From assembly GCA_965222225.1 (NCBI GenBank), contig CBDCTK010000002.1, positions 3,904,001 through 3,968,000 of the forward strand: a DNA stretch of 64,000 nucleotides. Reading direction: 5' to 3'. Of the stretch, positions 1 through 11,319 are shown one piece after another. Position numbers and translations under genes: made by a program. This DNA is from Candidatus Poribacteria bacterium. GTDB lineage: Bacteria > Poribacteria > WGA-4E > JAJDTR01. Numbering within the stretch: the first letter of the stretch is position 1; each line of letters opens with the position of its first letter. Under the pieces are notes generated by a model. It did no database searches and had not been told where the DNA came from. It saw nothing but the letters and a program-made list of their open reading frames with translations.

Positions 1-1908
1 ATCGCCGATGGTATGCGGCAAGGATTCGGGAGCAAACAAGCGCAACTCGATTGACTTCGCGTCGGCTTGCGGACTGATTTCTTCGATTCTCTGTTTGGCT
101 ATCTCCGAGACCAATATTTCCTCCCGCTTCATCTGAATGCGTCCCGCTTCAATACGGGAAATATCAAGCAAGTCGTTAATCAGGGCGGCTAAACGCTCCG
201 CCTGATGGTGGACACGAACCAGGCTGCGGCGCTGTTTGTCGTTAATCGGTCCCGTCTTGCCATCCAAAATCAACGACACAAAACCGATAATGGAAGTCAT
301 AGGGGTACGCAATTCGTGAGAAACCAGCGAAACAAAGTCGGACTTCATCTGATCGATTTCCTTCTCACGCGTAATGTCGTCAAAAACATATACGGTTCCA
401 AGAACGGCTCCCGCCTCATCAAGAAAAGGACTGGCGACAATACGGAGTGTGGAGGTTTCGCCTAGCTGATCCAAAGTTACTTCCAAGTTGACCGTCTCGT
501 TCAAGGAGATTTGTCCCTGGCTTTCCTTGAGCGCTCTGGCTAACGTGAGGTCCTCCACGATTAGCGTTAACTCCTCGCCGACTTGGTCCGCTCCAACGTT
601 TAGCAGGTGTTCGGCGGCGGGGTTGATGTGAAGTACCCGATGATTCCCGTCGACCAGAACCAGTCCTTCAGCCAGACTATTCACGATCGCGGTCATCTTT
701 TTTTCCTCTTTGGTTATTAGTTCAATCGCATGTTTGAGATCGTCGCGCATTGAGTTGAATTCTTGTGCAAGCACGCCAACTTCGTTGTTGCTCGTAACCG
801 GTACGTGGTGATTGAAATCACCCTTACCGATAGCGCGCGAGGCAAGCGCTATGCGCATAATCGGCTTAACGATACGTCGTGAAACCAGCCATACGATTGG
901 AATGACAATCACGCAGGAGATTAACGTAAAAGTAAGGATTTTCTCGGTAAGTAAATTAATCTCGTAGAAAGCCACGGACTCCGGTTGTGAAACCAGAACC
1001 GTCCAATTGGTAAAGTTTTGATCCGCCTTCCACGGTTCGCCGCGCCATCGCTGAGTTCGCGCCCAGCCGTAAACCCTTTTATCACCTTGTATGTCGATTC
1101 CGCTTTCCCTTTCGTAGCCGAAAAACTCGGCGGACTGGTCATCGGTCTTCGCACTGTTAATTGCCTCCATCGCCGCATCGGTCATCTCGATGTGTTCCCT
1201 GAACGTGTACGCATTCTCCGCCGAAGACGTAATCACTCGACCGTGTTTAGTCATGAGGGCGAATTCAAGTCCTTGACCCGTACTGTCCTGCTCTTGGGTT
1301 GCACTAACCGCATCTGAAAAATTCGGAAGCGTGATAATGGCTCTCAAGATACCCACGACTTTGGTGCCAGCGGAAGTGAGAATCGGAAAAGCGACAGGCA
1401 GAACATGGACCTTCATGTCGGCGTCATACTGAAGGTCACCGACATACTCGTGTCCGAGCCCTTCATTGTAAGCGCGCTTCCACCACTCCGCATCAATTTT
1501 CCGACGATGCAAGCCTAGGTTGCTGGCTTGGATGACCTGACCCTGTGAATTGGTGATGATTATTTCGCTTCTTGGACCGGCGAGATCCTCTAGTCGTTTC
1601 AGTTTGTTTGTCAATCGCCTTTGTATTGCTGTGTCGTCTGGGCGGCTTGATGCCAAGACAACGGCATCGCGCACGCCATTTAGCTCTCCCCGAATGGCGT
1701 TTAATGGAGTGAAAATGCTGTAATCCGCCTGATCCAACTTTTCCTGCGCAAGTCGCTCCAAGTTCTCGCCAATAGTCTTCTCAAGCGCTTTTACCCCAAA
1801 TTCTCGCGCCAGAAAGGCGACGATAAGCAGAGGGATAAACGAGACTAGCAAAAAAAGTAGAACGAGCTGCCCTCGCAAGCCCATTTTGAAAGATAAACGT
1901 TTTGGCAT
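1..1908 (-). CDS. Membrane sensor histidine kinase (TM, periplasmic sensor, TM, HAMP, PAS, HisKA); 3' end runs off the window
   Basis: Not in the ORF track. Manual translation from ATG at 1908: MPKRLSFKMGLRGQLVLLFLLVSFIPLLIVAF. The same frame gives an H-box, KSDFVSLVSHELRTPMTSIIGF (His codon 316-318), then LINDLLDISRIEAG. Confidence 0.9.
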   Translation of the reverse strand, partial: MPKRLSFKMGLRGQLVLLFLLVSFIPLLIVAFLAREFGVKALEKTIGENLERLAQEKLDQADYSIFTPLNAIRGELNGVRDAVVLASSRPDDTAIQRRLTNKLKRLEDLAGPRSEIIITNSQGQVIQASNLGLHRRKIDAEWWKRAYNEGLGHEYVGDLQYDADMKVHVLPVAFPILTSAGTKVVGILRAIITLPNFSDAVSATQEQDSTGQGLEFALMTKHGRVITSSAENAYTFREHIEMTDAAMEAINSAKTDDQSAEFFGYERESGIDIQGDKRVYGWARTQRWRGEPWKADQNFTNWTVLVSQPESVAFYEINLLTEKILTFTLISCVIVIPIVWLVSRRIVKPIMRIALASRAIGKGDFNHHVPVTSNNEVGVLAQEFNSMRDDLKHAIELITKEEKKMTAIVNSLAEGLVLVDGNHRVLHINPAAEHLLNVGADQVGEELTLIVEDLTLARALKESQGQISLNETVNLEVTLDQLGETSTLRIVASPFLDEAGAVLGTVYVFDDITREKEIDQMKSDFVSLVSHELRTPMTSIIGFVSLILDGKTGPINDKQRRSLVRVHHQAERLAALINDLLDISRIEAGRIQMKREEILVSEIAKQRIEEISPQADAKSIELRLFAPESLPHTIGD

Positions 1909-1917
1909 GATTCTGGT

Positions 1918-2259
1918 TTAGCCTCGACTGAAAGCGTTGACCGCGTCCACCTCGTCCTGATAAATCTCCAAAACCGTGTCCAATCGGGTAACCGCTAACA
2001 CATTTTGAACCGCTTCTTGCGGATTCAGTAGCACCAGCCTTCCATCACTCTTTTTTAGCGCTTGTAATGTCGCGATAATAGCGCCCAAGGCGGAGCTGTC
2101 CAACAACGGAACATCTGTCAAATCGAGAATCAGATGCCCCCCACCGTGCTCAATCTGTGTCCTCATCTCATGGCGGAGCGCATCAACGGAATTGCCGATT
2201 ATTTTGCCGTTTACTCGAAGGATTGGGGTGTTGTATTGACTTATACTAGTTTCGAACAT
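1918..2259 (-). CDS. STAS-domain anti-sigma factor antagonist
   Basis: LILDLTDVPLLDSSALG motif, 113 aa. Confidence 0.9.
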   Translation of the reverse strand: MFETSISQYNTPILRVNGKIIGNSVDALRHEMRTQIEHGGGHLILDLTDVPLLDSSALGAIIATLQALKKSDGRLVLLNPQEAVQNVLAVTRLDTVLEIYQDEVDAVNAFSRG

Positions 2260-2282
2260 CTGATTACACTCCTTAACGAACG

Positions 2283-2335
2283 ATCAACTGAGATCAAGGG
2301 AGCGCGATAGGGATCCCAAGGCGATAGGCAATCTC
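2283..2335 (+). mobile_element. Micro-element nest (short 25-bp form inside another copy)
   Basis: ATCAACTGAG[ATCAAGGGAGCGCGATAGGGATCCC]AAGGCGATAGGCAATCTC. Confidence 0.75.
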
Positions 2336-2368
2336 GTTAGCCTTTTCCGCGCCCCACATACAACTCGG

Positions 2369-5300
2369 CTACTTCCGTATCAACATCTTCCGTGTCGCCG
2401 CAAATTCACCCGCCCTCAGCGTATAGAAATATAAACCGCTGGCGATCGACTCGCCACGCCCATTCCGACCATCCCAATACGTTGCACGTCCTAGGCTCTG
2501 ATACATGCCCGCCGCTTGATGCCCCACATCAAGACGTCGCACTAGCTGTCCCCCGATGTCATAGATGGTCAGTGCGATCTCTGCCGGAGCTGCCAACTGG
2601 TACGCTATCCAGGTCTCAGGATTGAAGGGATTCGGATAATTGGGCAGGAGTGCCGTCTCTGACGGGATCATCGAGGCTGACAACACCTCGAGGTTGGCTA
2701 TGGCTTGTCGGAAGGCGATTGAGCCGTCGTCTGCGAGTCGTGCTTGGGCAATCCACGTCTCTATTGTCTTGGATTCTAACCCATGCGCTGGCGGCGCGGC
2801 AGTTCCGCCAATTCCCTGAGCGACGAGAGTGAGGTCGAATATATTTACAACCCCATCGCCATTAACATCCACGCTCGAGTTGGCGGGCACACTTCTCCCT
2901 AACTGCCGCGCAACCAGAATCAGATCCAAAATACTGACAACTCCATCACGATTTACATCCCCGGTCATCAGCCGTTCCTCCACAATGAAAGTGATTTCAT
3001 GCGGCCCCGCCGGGATGTTTTCACCAGTGAAAGAGCCAAGCTGGAAGTTACCCAGCGCCACTGCTGTTTCGCCTTCAGACTTCGCCTTAAACCTTACCTG
3101 AAGCAGGGGACCGCTGCCACTGACGCCACTGTCGGAAAGCAGCGCAGCCTTGAGTCCCATGATTTTTCCATTTGCGTTATCAATACGCCCAGCCTGAAAG
3201 AAGACTGTTCCTCCATCCGTCTTCAGGAAATCGCCTTCGCTCGTGTCAATCGCTTCAAGGACGAAAGAATCAAAGGCGATATCAAACTGCCACCCCGCCA
3301 AGTCGAACACATTTTCTGCTCGGATGTCGAGGCTAAAGGTATCGCCGATGTGAATTGGCGTCTCGGAAAAGGCGTAGCCGACGCCAGTTCCCACCGTATA
3401 TTCAGTGTTGGGCTCAAATCCAAAGAAAGCGCCGGTGTCGAAACTAGGCGAGAAAACCGCAACTAACAAAACATTTTTCCCCTGCTGAAGCGTAACCGGG
3501 AAAAAATCATTGTAATCAAGCTCCAGCGCCCTGTCACCCAGCACCTCGTAGACCAAATCTCCGTTGAGCCAGACCTTTAGTCCTTCGTCGTTGCCAACGT
3601 GCATCCTTGTCTTCTGTTCCCGTGGCGAATAGAGGGATATAGTGCCGTAGATAACGCCGTCGCTCAGCATACCTCCGATGTTGTTCCGATCCGTAGACGG
3701 GAGTTGGTGGGAGGTCCACACGTCATCGCCAACTGATTTTCCCACTGTTGCCCCCTGTGTGGCGACGTCCACCTCTGTCACCGTACCGTCACTGGCTTCT
3801 GATAGTAAATCGGTACTGCTATCCAGTATGGTGTCCGGTAACAAGACCCATAACCAAGGTCCCCCAATTTTTGGACCTCCTTGTGGGAAACCCGGATTGT
3901 CGTACGTCCCAAGGAATTTCATATTGGGACGTAACCCGTCTAGAGGAGAAAGATCGGAGATTTCGTTCACGGAGACATCCAGCCATGTTAAATTGGATAA
4001 ACCGGCGAGCGCCGATATGTCTGAGATTATGTTGTTGTGGAGGTTCAACCACTTCAAGTTGGATAACCCTGCAAGGGATGATATATCCGATATATCATTA
4101 CGTGAAAAATCTAGCCGTTTCAAATCGGTTAATCCCGCAAGGGGTGAAATATCCGCTACGTCGTTGCCGAATAGATACAGTTCTTCTAGGCCCGTCAAGC
4201 CCGCCAAAGGGGTAAGATCCGATATATCTCCACCGGGAAGAATAAATGCCTCAGTTTTGTCAATCCTGCCAAGGGCGATAAATCGGATGCGGATGTGCCC
4301 ATGTGAATGAGTTCCAGGTTGACTAATCCGGCAAGCGGCGATAGATCGCGTATGTTAGAGTGACTCACAAAGAGTTGCTCTAACTTGGGTAGCCCAGCAA
4401 GGGGTGTAAGGTCCTCTACTCCATGAAGAGCTAAAAAAGTTAGATTAACCAATCTGGAAAGCTGTTTCGCGTCATGAATAACGGAAGGTGAATCGATGAA
4501 GTCAATATCTAGAGCTTTTAACTGGGTTAGTCCTGCTATCGGAGAGAGATCGGACACCTTAGACCCACTACCATTTATGCTAGACAGATTGGTCGCAAAC
4601 TGAAGACCGGTTAAATCGCGGATATCTTGGCCCTCTATTATGCTCAAGAAAGTCAATCCTTCCATGTCTTCCACGGTTATCGGGGCATTGGGACTTTTGC
4701 CAAGTTCTTCAGCAATGGCAGTGCGTAGGTTCGGATCCGGGATATAAACCTGCGTACCCGGTATTACATCCGGCTGCGTTATTACCGGGGGCTCTCCAAC
4801 TTGCCCCGGGTAATCCAGCGCATACATCACGTCTCGAAAACTCGATGTCCAGGTGTCCCGTTGCACGCTCCCGTTCTCACCCTCTAACGCCAACAAACCT
4901 ATGTTCTGTAGTCCCGTGTTCTCACGAACCTTTTCGAGAAAGACTTCGGTTTCTAAACCAACCACGGCAGCGGCGTATGCGGCGTCTACCGGTCCCTGAA
5001 ACGCCTCATGGAAACGTGAAATCGGCTCAACCCCGCCAATCGCACCGCCCGTCTCTACAAGCGCTTCCCGATAGCGCTCCATGTCGCCACCCACACGAGC
5101 GTCCATGTCCGACTTTTCAACGTAGAGTCGCAACGCCTGCGCTTTGTTGTAAGGCGGGTTGGTATTGCTCTCAATCACGGAACGTACCTGGTCTTCAAGG
5201 GTCTTCATTCCCTCCGTATGACAACCTATACAGGAAAGTCCGTTGCACACCGTCGGGTCGCTGGCTGCGGGGTTGGAAACAATGTTTATCGGCGCCTCGT

Positions 5301-6501
5301 CTAGACGGAAACTGGACGCATTGACAAGGTAGTAGCCCTGCAACCCGTTTGGCAGATTGAAGATTGCCTCACCGCCATCGTGCGTGAAATTAAGCGGGTG
5401 GGTAAAGATGTTCTGTGCCCCGACACTCCCGGCAAAGTCGTAGCTTTTCCAGTACGCCCCGTATCGAGAGGTGTGCCGTTCCACTACCCGGTTGTTATTG
5501 GAGACTCCCGAATTGTTGAAACCCGCCCGCAAGACGCGAACCCCGGGTGCATTAATCAGATTACGGGCGACATCAACCTCCAGTCGGGTTTCCAACTCCC
5601 TATCCGTTAGTGGCAGCGAAAGCAGGTCGTGATACAGCGGTGGGGTGGATGCCGTTGCAATGAACCAGTCGATATGAACCGACGGCACATCGGTCTTCAT
5701 CTGTGTCTGCAACCGTCCAAGTTGATTCCGCAGGGCGGACTGTGCGGATGCATCAAAGGCGATGTGGTAGGGGTATTCCTCTTCTATCTTCGTCCAGGCA
5801 TCGTTGACATCCCATTCGTAGTGTCGGAGGTCGATGTAGAAGATGGTTACTTGCGAGTCGATTGGGATTGGGTTGATGACTGTTACTCCCCATGAGAGGC
5901 TGTTAACCAATTTATAGAGTGCTTTGCGGTACCCACCAAGTAACTCCGGAGTCCTAGAAACCCCTATCGCGCTCCCTATTCGGTCGCTTGATCCAGCGTT
6001 ATGGAGATGGGTAAGTGTGAAGTGGCGGGCAAACGCTGAAAGTGTGTTGAGGTGCGTGTCAATGCTCTTGAGTATTTCGCCGAGCGAGATAAACCGGCTA
6101 TTGGTCGTGGGAGTCGTCGCCCAATCGGGTGCGCCGGCTACTATCCAGCGTCGAATGGTGTCAATCGACTGAGGGGGCAACTGGGGCTGTCCGAACGGCA
6201 TCTGTGCGCCGCTTTCGGTGGGGCCTAGCAGCCGTTTATACAGCTCGGAGGCATTCGGATTCCCCGGAACAACGGTGCCCCCTCCGATAAGCTCGCTGTG
6301 TTCCATCAGGAGTGTTTCTCGATAAGCGCCGTCGGGACCGTGGCAGATGAGGCAGCTCCCCTCAAAAATGGCATAGGTATCTTGGGCTAACTGCGATTGG
6401 GCGGACACATGTTGAGAGCCTACGATGAAGGTCAATAGGTAGATAAATGTAACGCGATTCTGAGCACGAACCGGAGAAGAGATAGAATGACGTTTAAGCA
6501 T
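2369..6501 (-). pseudogene. Large secreted protein (c-type cytochrome domains, LRR, cohesin-like, dockerin, FlgD/T9SS-like Ig tail), split by a 1-nt frameshift near 4240
   Basis: ORFs 4195-6501 and 2369-4207 overlap, and the LRR register continues across the shift (LRHL.LPGGDISDLTPLAGL). CxxCH motifs CLICH and CIGCH; dockerin GDVNRDGVVSILDL; C-terminal NYPNPFNPET...ATRKMLIRK. Could be a sequencing error. Confidence 0.8.
5956..5992 (-). mobile_element. Micro-element inserted in frame in a CDS
   Basis: Minus strand ATCAAGCGACCGAATAGGGAGCGCGATAGGGGTTTCT, translated as SSDRIGSAIGVS. Confidence 0.85.
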
Positions 6502-6715
6502 AGGGAGTATCTCCTTTATGAATAACCAATTTCATGTCGGGAAAGATGGGGGCACTTCAAGGTGACAACTTGCCCTACCTTTACCTAGAATCTTCCAAAA
6601 TATACTATACCATAAACTATAGCGGGTCAAGCAAATTGGTTTGATGATTGTAAATCTCTATGACAAACCAATCTGCATAGACTGACTCCATCGGCGTTTC
6701 TATCCGTTCTCTATA

Positions 6716-7489
6716 TCATGCTTCCGAGGCGAGAGTCAACCGATCCACCTCATCAATAGGGGCTTGGATGAGGCATGGACTTTTTACAGGCTTCAGCCAT
6801 CGAATCAGGACTGCGAGATCGTTCTTCGCCATGGCTGTGCATCCGGCTGTTGGCACCCCCCTCGCTTTCCACACGTGGAAGAAAATCGCGCTCCCCCTGC
6901 CTTTTACGACTGGCGCAGTGTTGTGTTCGACAACGGCTCCCAACTCATACAGGTGGTCCGAGCGTTTCATCTTTTCACATGAATTCCACATCTGCTGTGC
7001 GGTTCCCGCCTTCTCGTCGAGTGTTACCCATTGATTGTAATCTTCCGATTCGACATCGTTGACGTAATAATCGTCCTCCGTAATACATTGATATGGAATC
7101 GATGTGCCTGTCGGCGGCTCTGTATCATAGCCAAACGCTGTTCCAAGTCGAAACACCCCCGCCGGTGCCTTTAAGTCCCCTTCCGCTTTTTGAGGCGGAT
7201 TACTAACTGTGCGGTGAATACCGCTCCCCCATCCCAGCCCGTTTCTACCTAACATCACGGGGATGGTTCTTCCTTCCGGGCGCCATCGTTCCCCTACTTT
7301 CGAGATCAGATGCAGTCTACCCGCATCACTCGTCCACGAAGTCACCGTAACTAACACGACTTGTTGAATCGGTAACGAGCCTGCTACAATCGAAGCAACC
7401 GCATCCCGCAAAAAGCTAAGATCGTCCGAATCTGTTACCGCTCTGGGTTTTTGACTAACTGCTGCAACCGTTTTCCGCATAGTCGCCAT
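6716..7489 (-). CDS. L,D-transpeptidase (YkuD-like) family protein
   Basis: EGDLKAPAGVF and GSAIFFHVW...PTAGC catalytic His/Cys motif. Confidence 0.8.
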   Translation of the reverse strand: MATMRKTVAAVSQKPRAVTDSDDLSFLRDAVASIVAGSLPIQQVVLVTVTSWTSDAGRLHLISKVGERWRPEGRTIPVMLGRNGLGWGSGIHRTVSNPPQKAEGDLKAPAGVFRLGTAFGYDTEPPTGTSIPYQCITEDDYYVNDVESEDYNQWVTLDEKAGTAQQMWNSCEKMKRSDHLYELGAVVEHNTAPVVKGRGSAIFFHVWKARGVPTAGCTAMAKNDLAVLIRWLKPVKSPCLIQAPIDEVDRLTLASEA

Positions 7490-7701
7490 CTTTACTTTAT
7501 TAAGGCATCATTAAGGCATCGATTCCCTAAATTTTTATCTTTGAATCTTTCGACACCAATTTGTCGTTCTTATCCAAGGATATTTGGCAAGGGATTCTAA
7601 ACCTTGTCACACACCGCGTAATTGCAACCGAATGAGTTAAGAAAATAACGATACAGTCACACACGATTTCATGCTTGAAGATATTGCCGAGGTAGGGAAA
7701 T

Positions 7702-8655
7702 ATGCCGACGGGGCGAATCAAATACTATAATGCTGAAAAAGGGTTCGGATTCATTGCACAGGACAGTGGAGATGCGGATGTTTTTTTACACAATTCTTCA
7801 GTGAAATACTGGGAAGACGATGAACTTCGGATTGGACAACGCGTGGAATATGACATCGTCGATGGGAAAAGGGGACTGGTCGCTCAAGATGTCGAAGTCT
7901 TGCTTTCTGCAATCGAACGGAAATGGCTTCGTCAAGGCAAAGCCGTCATCCCGCGCGATTATCTGGGCACCCTGTCGCAGCACCCGGAAAAGAGTTTGAA
8001 TCTAAATCAATCTTTCCAAGCTACCGATGTTGAAGAAACTGGATCGCAGGTAGACGGTATGTCTCTTCAGCCGGTCCCGCTTGAAGATGTTGAATCCCGA
8101 ATCAATGAGGGAGCAAAGAAACATGCCAGCGCTGCCGTTGCTCCGAAACTGAGATCAAAGCGCGTTAATCGACCAACTTTCGGCAATCTCTACATTCAGA
8201 AACAGATTGAATTTCAAACCGATATGATCTTTGCCTTGTACGACCACCAATTCATCTCGGGAACTATTCAAGGATTCAATAAATACGAATTCACACTCCG
8301 AATTGATGGCGAAAATCTTGAAGTTTCAAGGAAAAACCTCAAATTCTGCTATAAAGCTCAAGACGCCGGCAAATTGCAAGCAATTCTCCACTACGACGAA
8401 ACGATTCAAGACCTAAAACTGGGACCAGCGGGTTCAGTCGAGGAGGGATCTCAAATTGACACACTGCAACTTGTGACAGCCCGTGAAGACCGAGTTCCTA
8501 TCGAAGTGACAATGCGTGAAGGCGAGGTTTTTCGCGGTAGCGTGGACTGGGAAAGCCCGAATGAAATCAAACTCGTGTTGCGAAACGGTTCGAAAGTTGT
8601 TGTGTTTTGCTCCGCGGTAGAGAATTTTAAGGTGTGTTCAAAGGAAGAGATTTGA
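7702..8655 (+). CDS. Cold-shock domain protein with two C-terminal Hfq/Sm-like domains
   Basis: N-terminal GRIKYYNAEKGFGFI...DVFLHNS (CSD). Two segments resemble the Sm1/Sm2 pattern (ISGTIQGFNKYEFTL; VPIEVTMREGEVFRGSVDW...VVVFCSAV). Confidence 0.75.
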   Translation: MPTGRIKYYNAEKGFGFIAQDSGDADVFLHNSSVKYWEDDELRIGQRVEYDIVDGKRGLVAQDVEVLLSAIERKWLRQGKAVIPRDYLGTLSQHPEKSLNLNQSFQATDVEETGSQVDGMSLQPVPLEDVESRINEGAKKHASAAVAPKLRSKRVNRPTFGNLYIQKQIEFQTDMIFALYDHQFISGTIQGFNKYEFTLRIDGENLEVSRKNLKFCYKAQDAGKLQAILHYDETIQDLKLGPAGSVEEGSQIDTLQLVTAREDRVPIEVTMREGEVFRGSVDWESPNEIKLVLRNGSKVVVFCSAVENFKVCSKEEI

Positions 8656-9043
8656 GGAGAATAGCGCACGAGGCTGAGTTGCCAACGCTGCCAAGAGTCT
8701 GTGATTACCGCTTTGCGGAGGACGGGAAACGGCGCACGCAGTGTCACGGCATCCTCTTACCTCTTGTCGCCGCAAAACAAGATTAACGGATACAAACACA
8801 AGAAAACGGCAGAAAAGGCACATCAACGCCTTTGCGACGATCCGGTTACGCTCGGAAGACAAGGCATAATCGGCGATTCCCACCAGAGGACGACCCCAAC
8901 CTCACCGTTGACAGATCAAGCCGACAGTCATGTTGGTTCATGCCAATTTCATCAACGCGGTCACACCAACTCCCCGGCGGGCATTCATCCCCGTTTCGCG
9001 GTCATCGGTCAAACTCGGTGTCCGCTTGAGATCCGATGGAAAA

Positions 9044-9301
9044 TTATTGGAAATAGTCCGCGTTCAGTTGCGTGAAGTGAGTCCATTCCTCCGGAACATC
9101 CTCTTCCATGAAAATCGCTTCTACAGGACATTCAGGTTCGCACACTCCGCAGTCAATGCATTCTTCAGGCTCTATGAAGAGCTGTTTGACGTTCTCAAAA
9201 TCGTCTTCCGATGCCGTCGGGTGAATGCAATCCACGGGACACACATCAACACAGGCAGTATCCTTAACATCAATACACGGTTCTGTAATCACGTAGGTCA
9301 T
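9044..9301 (-). CDS. Ferredoxin (FdxA-type, 7Fe/8Fe)
   Basis: MTYVITEPCIDVKDTACVDVCPVDCI...CIDCGVCEPECP. Confidence 0.95.
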   Translation of the reverse strand: MTYVITEPCIDVKDTACVDVCPVDCIHPTASEDDFENVKQLFIEPEECIDCGVCEPECPVEAIFMEEDVPEEWTHFTQLNADYFQ

Positions 9302-9654
9302 TTCACAAACACTCCGTAGTCAATTTATTGCCAAGGCTAATGAGCCTTTTGCGCCAAGATGAGTTCACGAATGTCTTGGTTTATATTCCCCATCCAAGCA
9401 ATTTAATCATATCACATCCGCAGGATATTGTCAAATGGATTCACCGGTTTTTGCGGGGCAATTACGTCTAATTTTTGATTGTAAAGGCGTCCTCTGCATC
9501 GCCTCGATTGGACGTGCAACGCGAGGAGAAGTCACGATGCGCAATTGTCAAGCCACCAATCCGCGCTCCGTCAAATCACCTTGACACTATTCCCGTGCCG
9601 CTATATAATAGCCCGCGTACATTCTACTAGGAATCTAATTTCACGGAGGCGGAG

Positions 9655-11037
9655 ATGTCCACATTTGACGTTGCTATTATTGGCGGTGGACCCGGAGGTT
9701 ATGTTGCGGCGATTAAAACCGCGCAATTGGGCGGCACGGTTTGCTTGATTGAACAGGGGGATTGGGGCGGCACCTGCCTGAATCGCGGGTGCATTCCGAC
9801 CAAAACACTCTATGCTGTCGCCAATCTGATGACCCAAATTCACGACGCTGGGGGGTTTGGTATCAAGATTCAGGGCGCCGAAATTGACTATCCCCGAGTT
9901 TTGGTTCACAAGAATGAGACCGTCACGAAACTGACAAGGGGCATCGGGCAACTGCTGAAAGGGAATGGGGTGAACACAATCAACGGTTTTGGTAGGCTGA
10001 CCGGTGTTGACACGATTGAAGTGAACAAAGCCGATGGGTCGCTGGAACAGATTAGCGCGTCGAAAATCATTCTCGCCACCGGCTCCGAGCCGGCGAATAT
10101 TCCGATCTTCGAAATTGATGAGCAGCAGGTGTTGACTACAACCGGTATGTTGGAATTGCCCGAGCTGCCGGAAAGTCTAATCATAGTCGGCGCCGGTGTT
10201 TCGGGTTGCGAGTTTGCGTCCATTTTCAATGGACTGGGCTGCCAAATTACCGTCCTTGAACTTCTGCCGACCATTCTTGCCGCCGAGGATGTTCAGGTTG
10301 TCAGGCATGTTCAACAGTCGATGAAACGAAAAGGCATCGTAATCAAAACCGGAGCCAACGTAACGCATGTTGAGAAATCGGAAGCCGGGGTTAAGGCTAC
10401 GCTGGAGTCCGGCGAAGAGTTTTCGGCTGAAAAAATGTTGATTTCCATAGGACGACGATTGAACTCCGAGAACATCGGGCTGGAGCACGCGGGAGTTCGG
10501 ACGGAAAAAGGAAAGATTCTTGTCAACGAACTGATGGAAACTAACGTCCCGGGCATTTATGCTGTAGGTGATGTGTGTAGTCGTTACGCACTAGCGCATG
10601 TGGCATCGGCAGAAGGGGTTGTGGCAGCGCGAAACTGCATCGGGGAAGAGACCGAAATGGACTATGGCACTGTCCCTTGGTGCGTCTTCACGATTCCCGA
10701 AATCGCGAGAGTGGGGATGACCGAGAACGAAGCAACCTCGGAAGGGTACGAGGTTAAGGTGGGAAGATTCCCTTATGCCGCAAGCGGTAAAGCGATCGGC
10801 ATGCGCGAAACAGACGGATTTGTTAAAATCGTCTCCGACTCCGATTCTGGAGATATCCTAGGTGTACATATTGTCGGAGCGCACGCATCCGATCTCATCC
10901 ACGAAGCCGTTGTGGCAATCGGCTTGGGGGCATCTGTGGAAGAGTTAGCTCACACAATCCACGCTCACCCGACCCTCGGCGAGTCTGTTATGGAATCGGC
11001 TGAAGCGGCGTACAATCGCGCAATTCACATCATGTAA
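9655..11037 (+). CDS. lpdA: Dihydrolipoyl dehydrogenase
   Basis: GGGPGGY, GGTCLNRGCIP redox disulfide, HAHPTLGE. Confidence 0.97.
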   Translation: MSTFDVAIIGGGPGGYVAAIKTAQLGGTVCLIEQGDWGGTCLNRGCIPTKTLYAVANLMTQIHDAGGFGIKIQGAEIDYPRVLVHKNETVTKLTRGIGQLLKGNGVNTINGFGRLTGVDTIEVNKADGSLEQISASKIILATGSEPANIPIFEIDEQQVLTTTGMLELPELPESLIIVGAGVSGCEFASIFNGLGCQITVLELLPTILAAEDVQVVRHVQQSMKRKGIVIKTGANVTHVEKSEAGVKATLESGEEFSAEKMLISIGRRLNSENIGLEHAGVRTEKGKILVNELMETNVPGIYAVGDVCSRYALAHVASAEGVVAARNCIGEETEMDYGTVPWCVFTIPEIARVGMTENEATSEGYEVKVGRFPYAASGKAIGMRETDGFVKIVSDSDSGDILGVHIVGAHASDLIHEAVVAIGLGASVEELAHTIHAHPTLGESVMESAEAAYNRAIHIM

Positions 11038-11156
11038 CATCGTAGATTGGGTTGAGCGGACATCAACTGAATTTGATCGATCCTTCGAGAGAATCCTGTT
11101 TTTCCGATGCTCCGCTTCAGTACAAAAATGTAGCGAAACCCAACTGCGCGCCTTCT

Positions 11157-11220
11157 GTAGGAGCGATCTCCCGATCGCGACCACCAAATCGTAGCTTTTG
11201 TAGGGTGGGCACCGCCCACC
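11157..11220 (+). repeat. Two GTAG-type REP-like palindromes without insertions
   Basis: GTAGGAGCGATCTCCCGATCGCGACC and GTAGGGTGGGCACCGCCCACC; related copies at 30360, 32500, 55553, 61125, 61543. Confidence 0.75.
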
Positions 11221-11319
11221 ATTTCCATACCGCGTTGCTCTCACCACATACCGAGTTCAAACTGCCATTGCAATTCAACCGCGATGCGGTTAATGGTAAC
11301 TTGAAATCCTTGCGAGGTT

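Noticed and set aside
11072-11096. ATCAACTGAATTTGATCG as a micro-element
   Set aside because: It resembles two opposed left ends but has no GCGATAG right end; too short to call.
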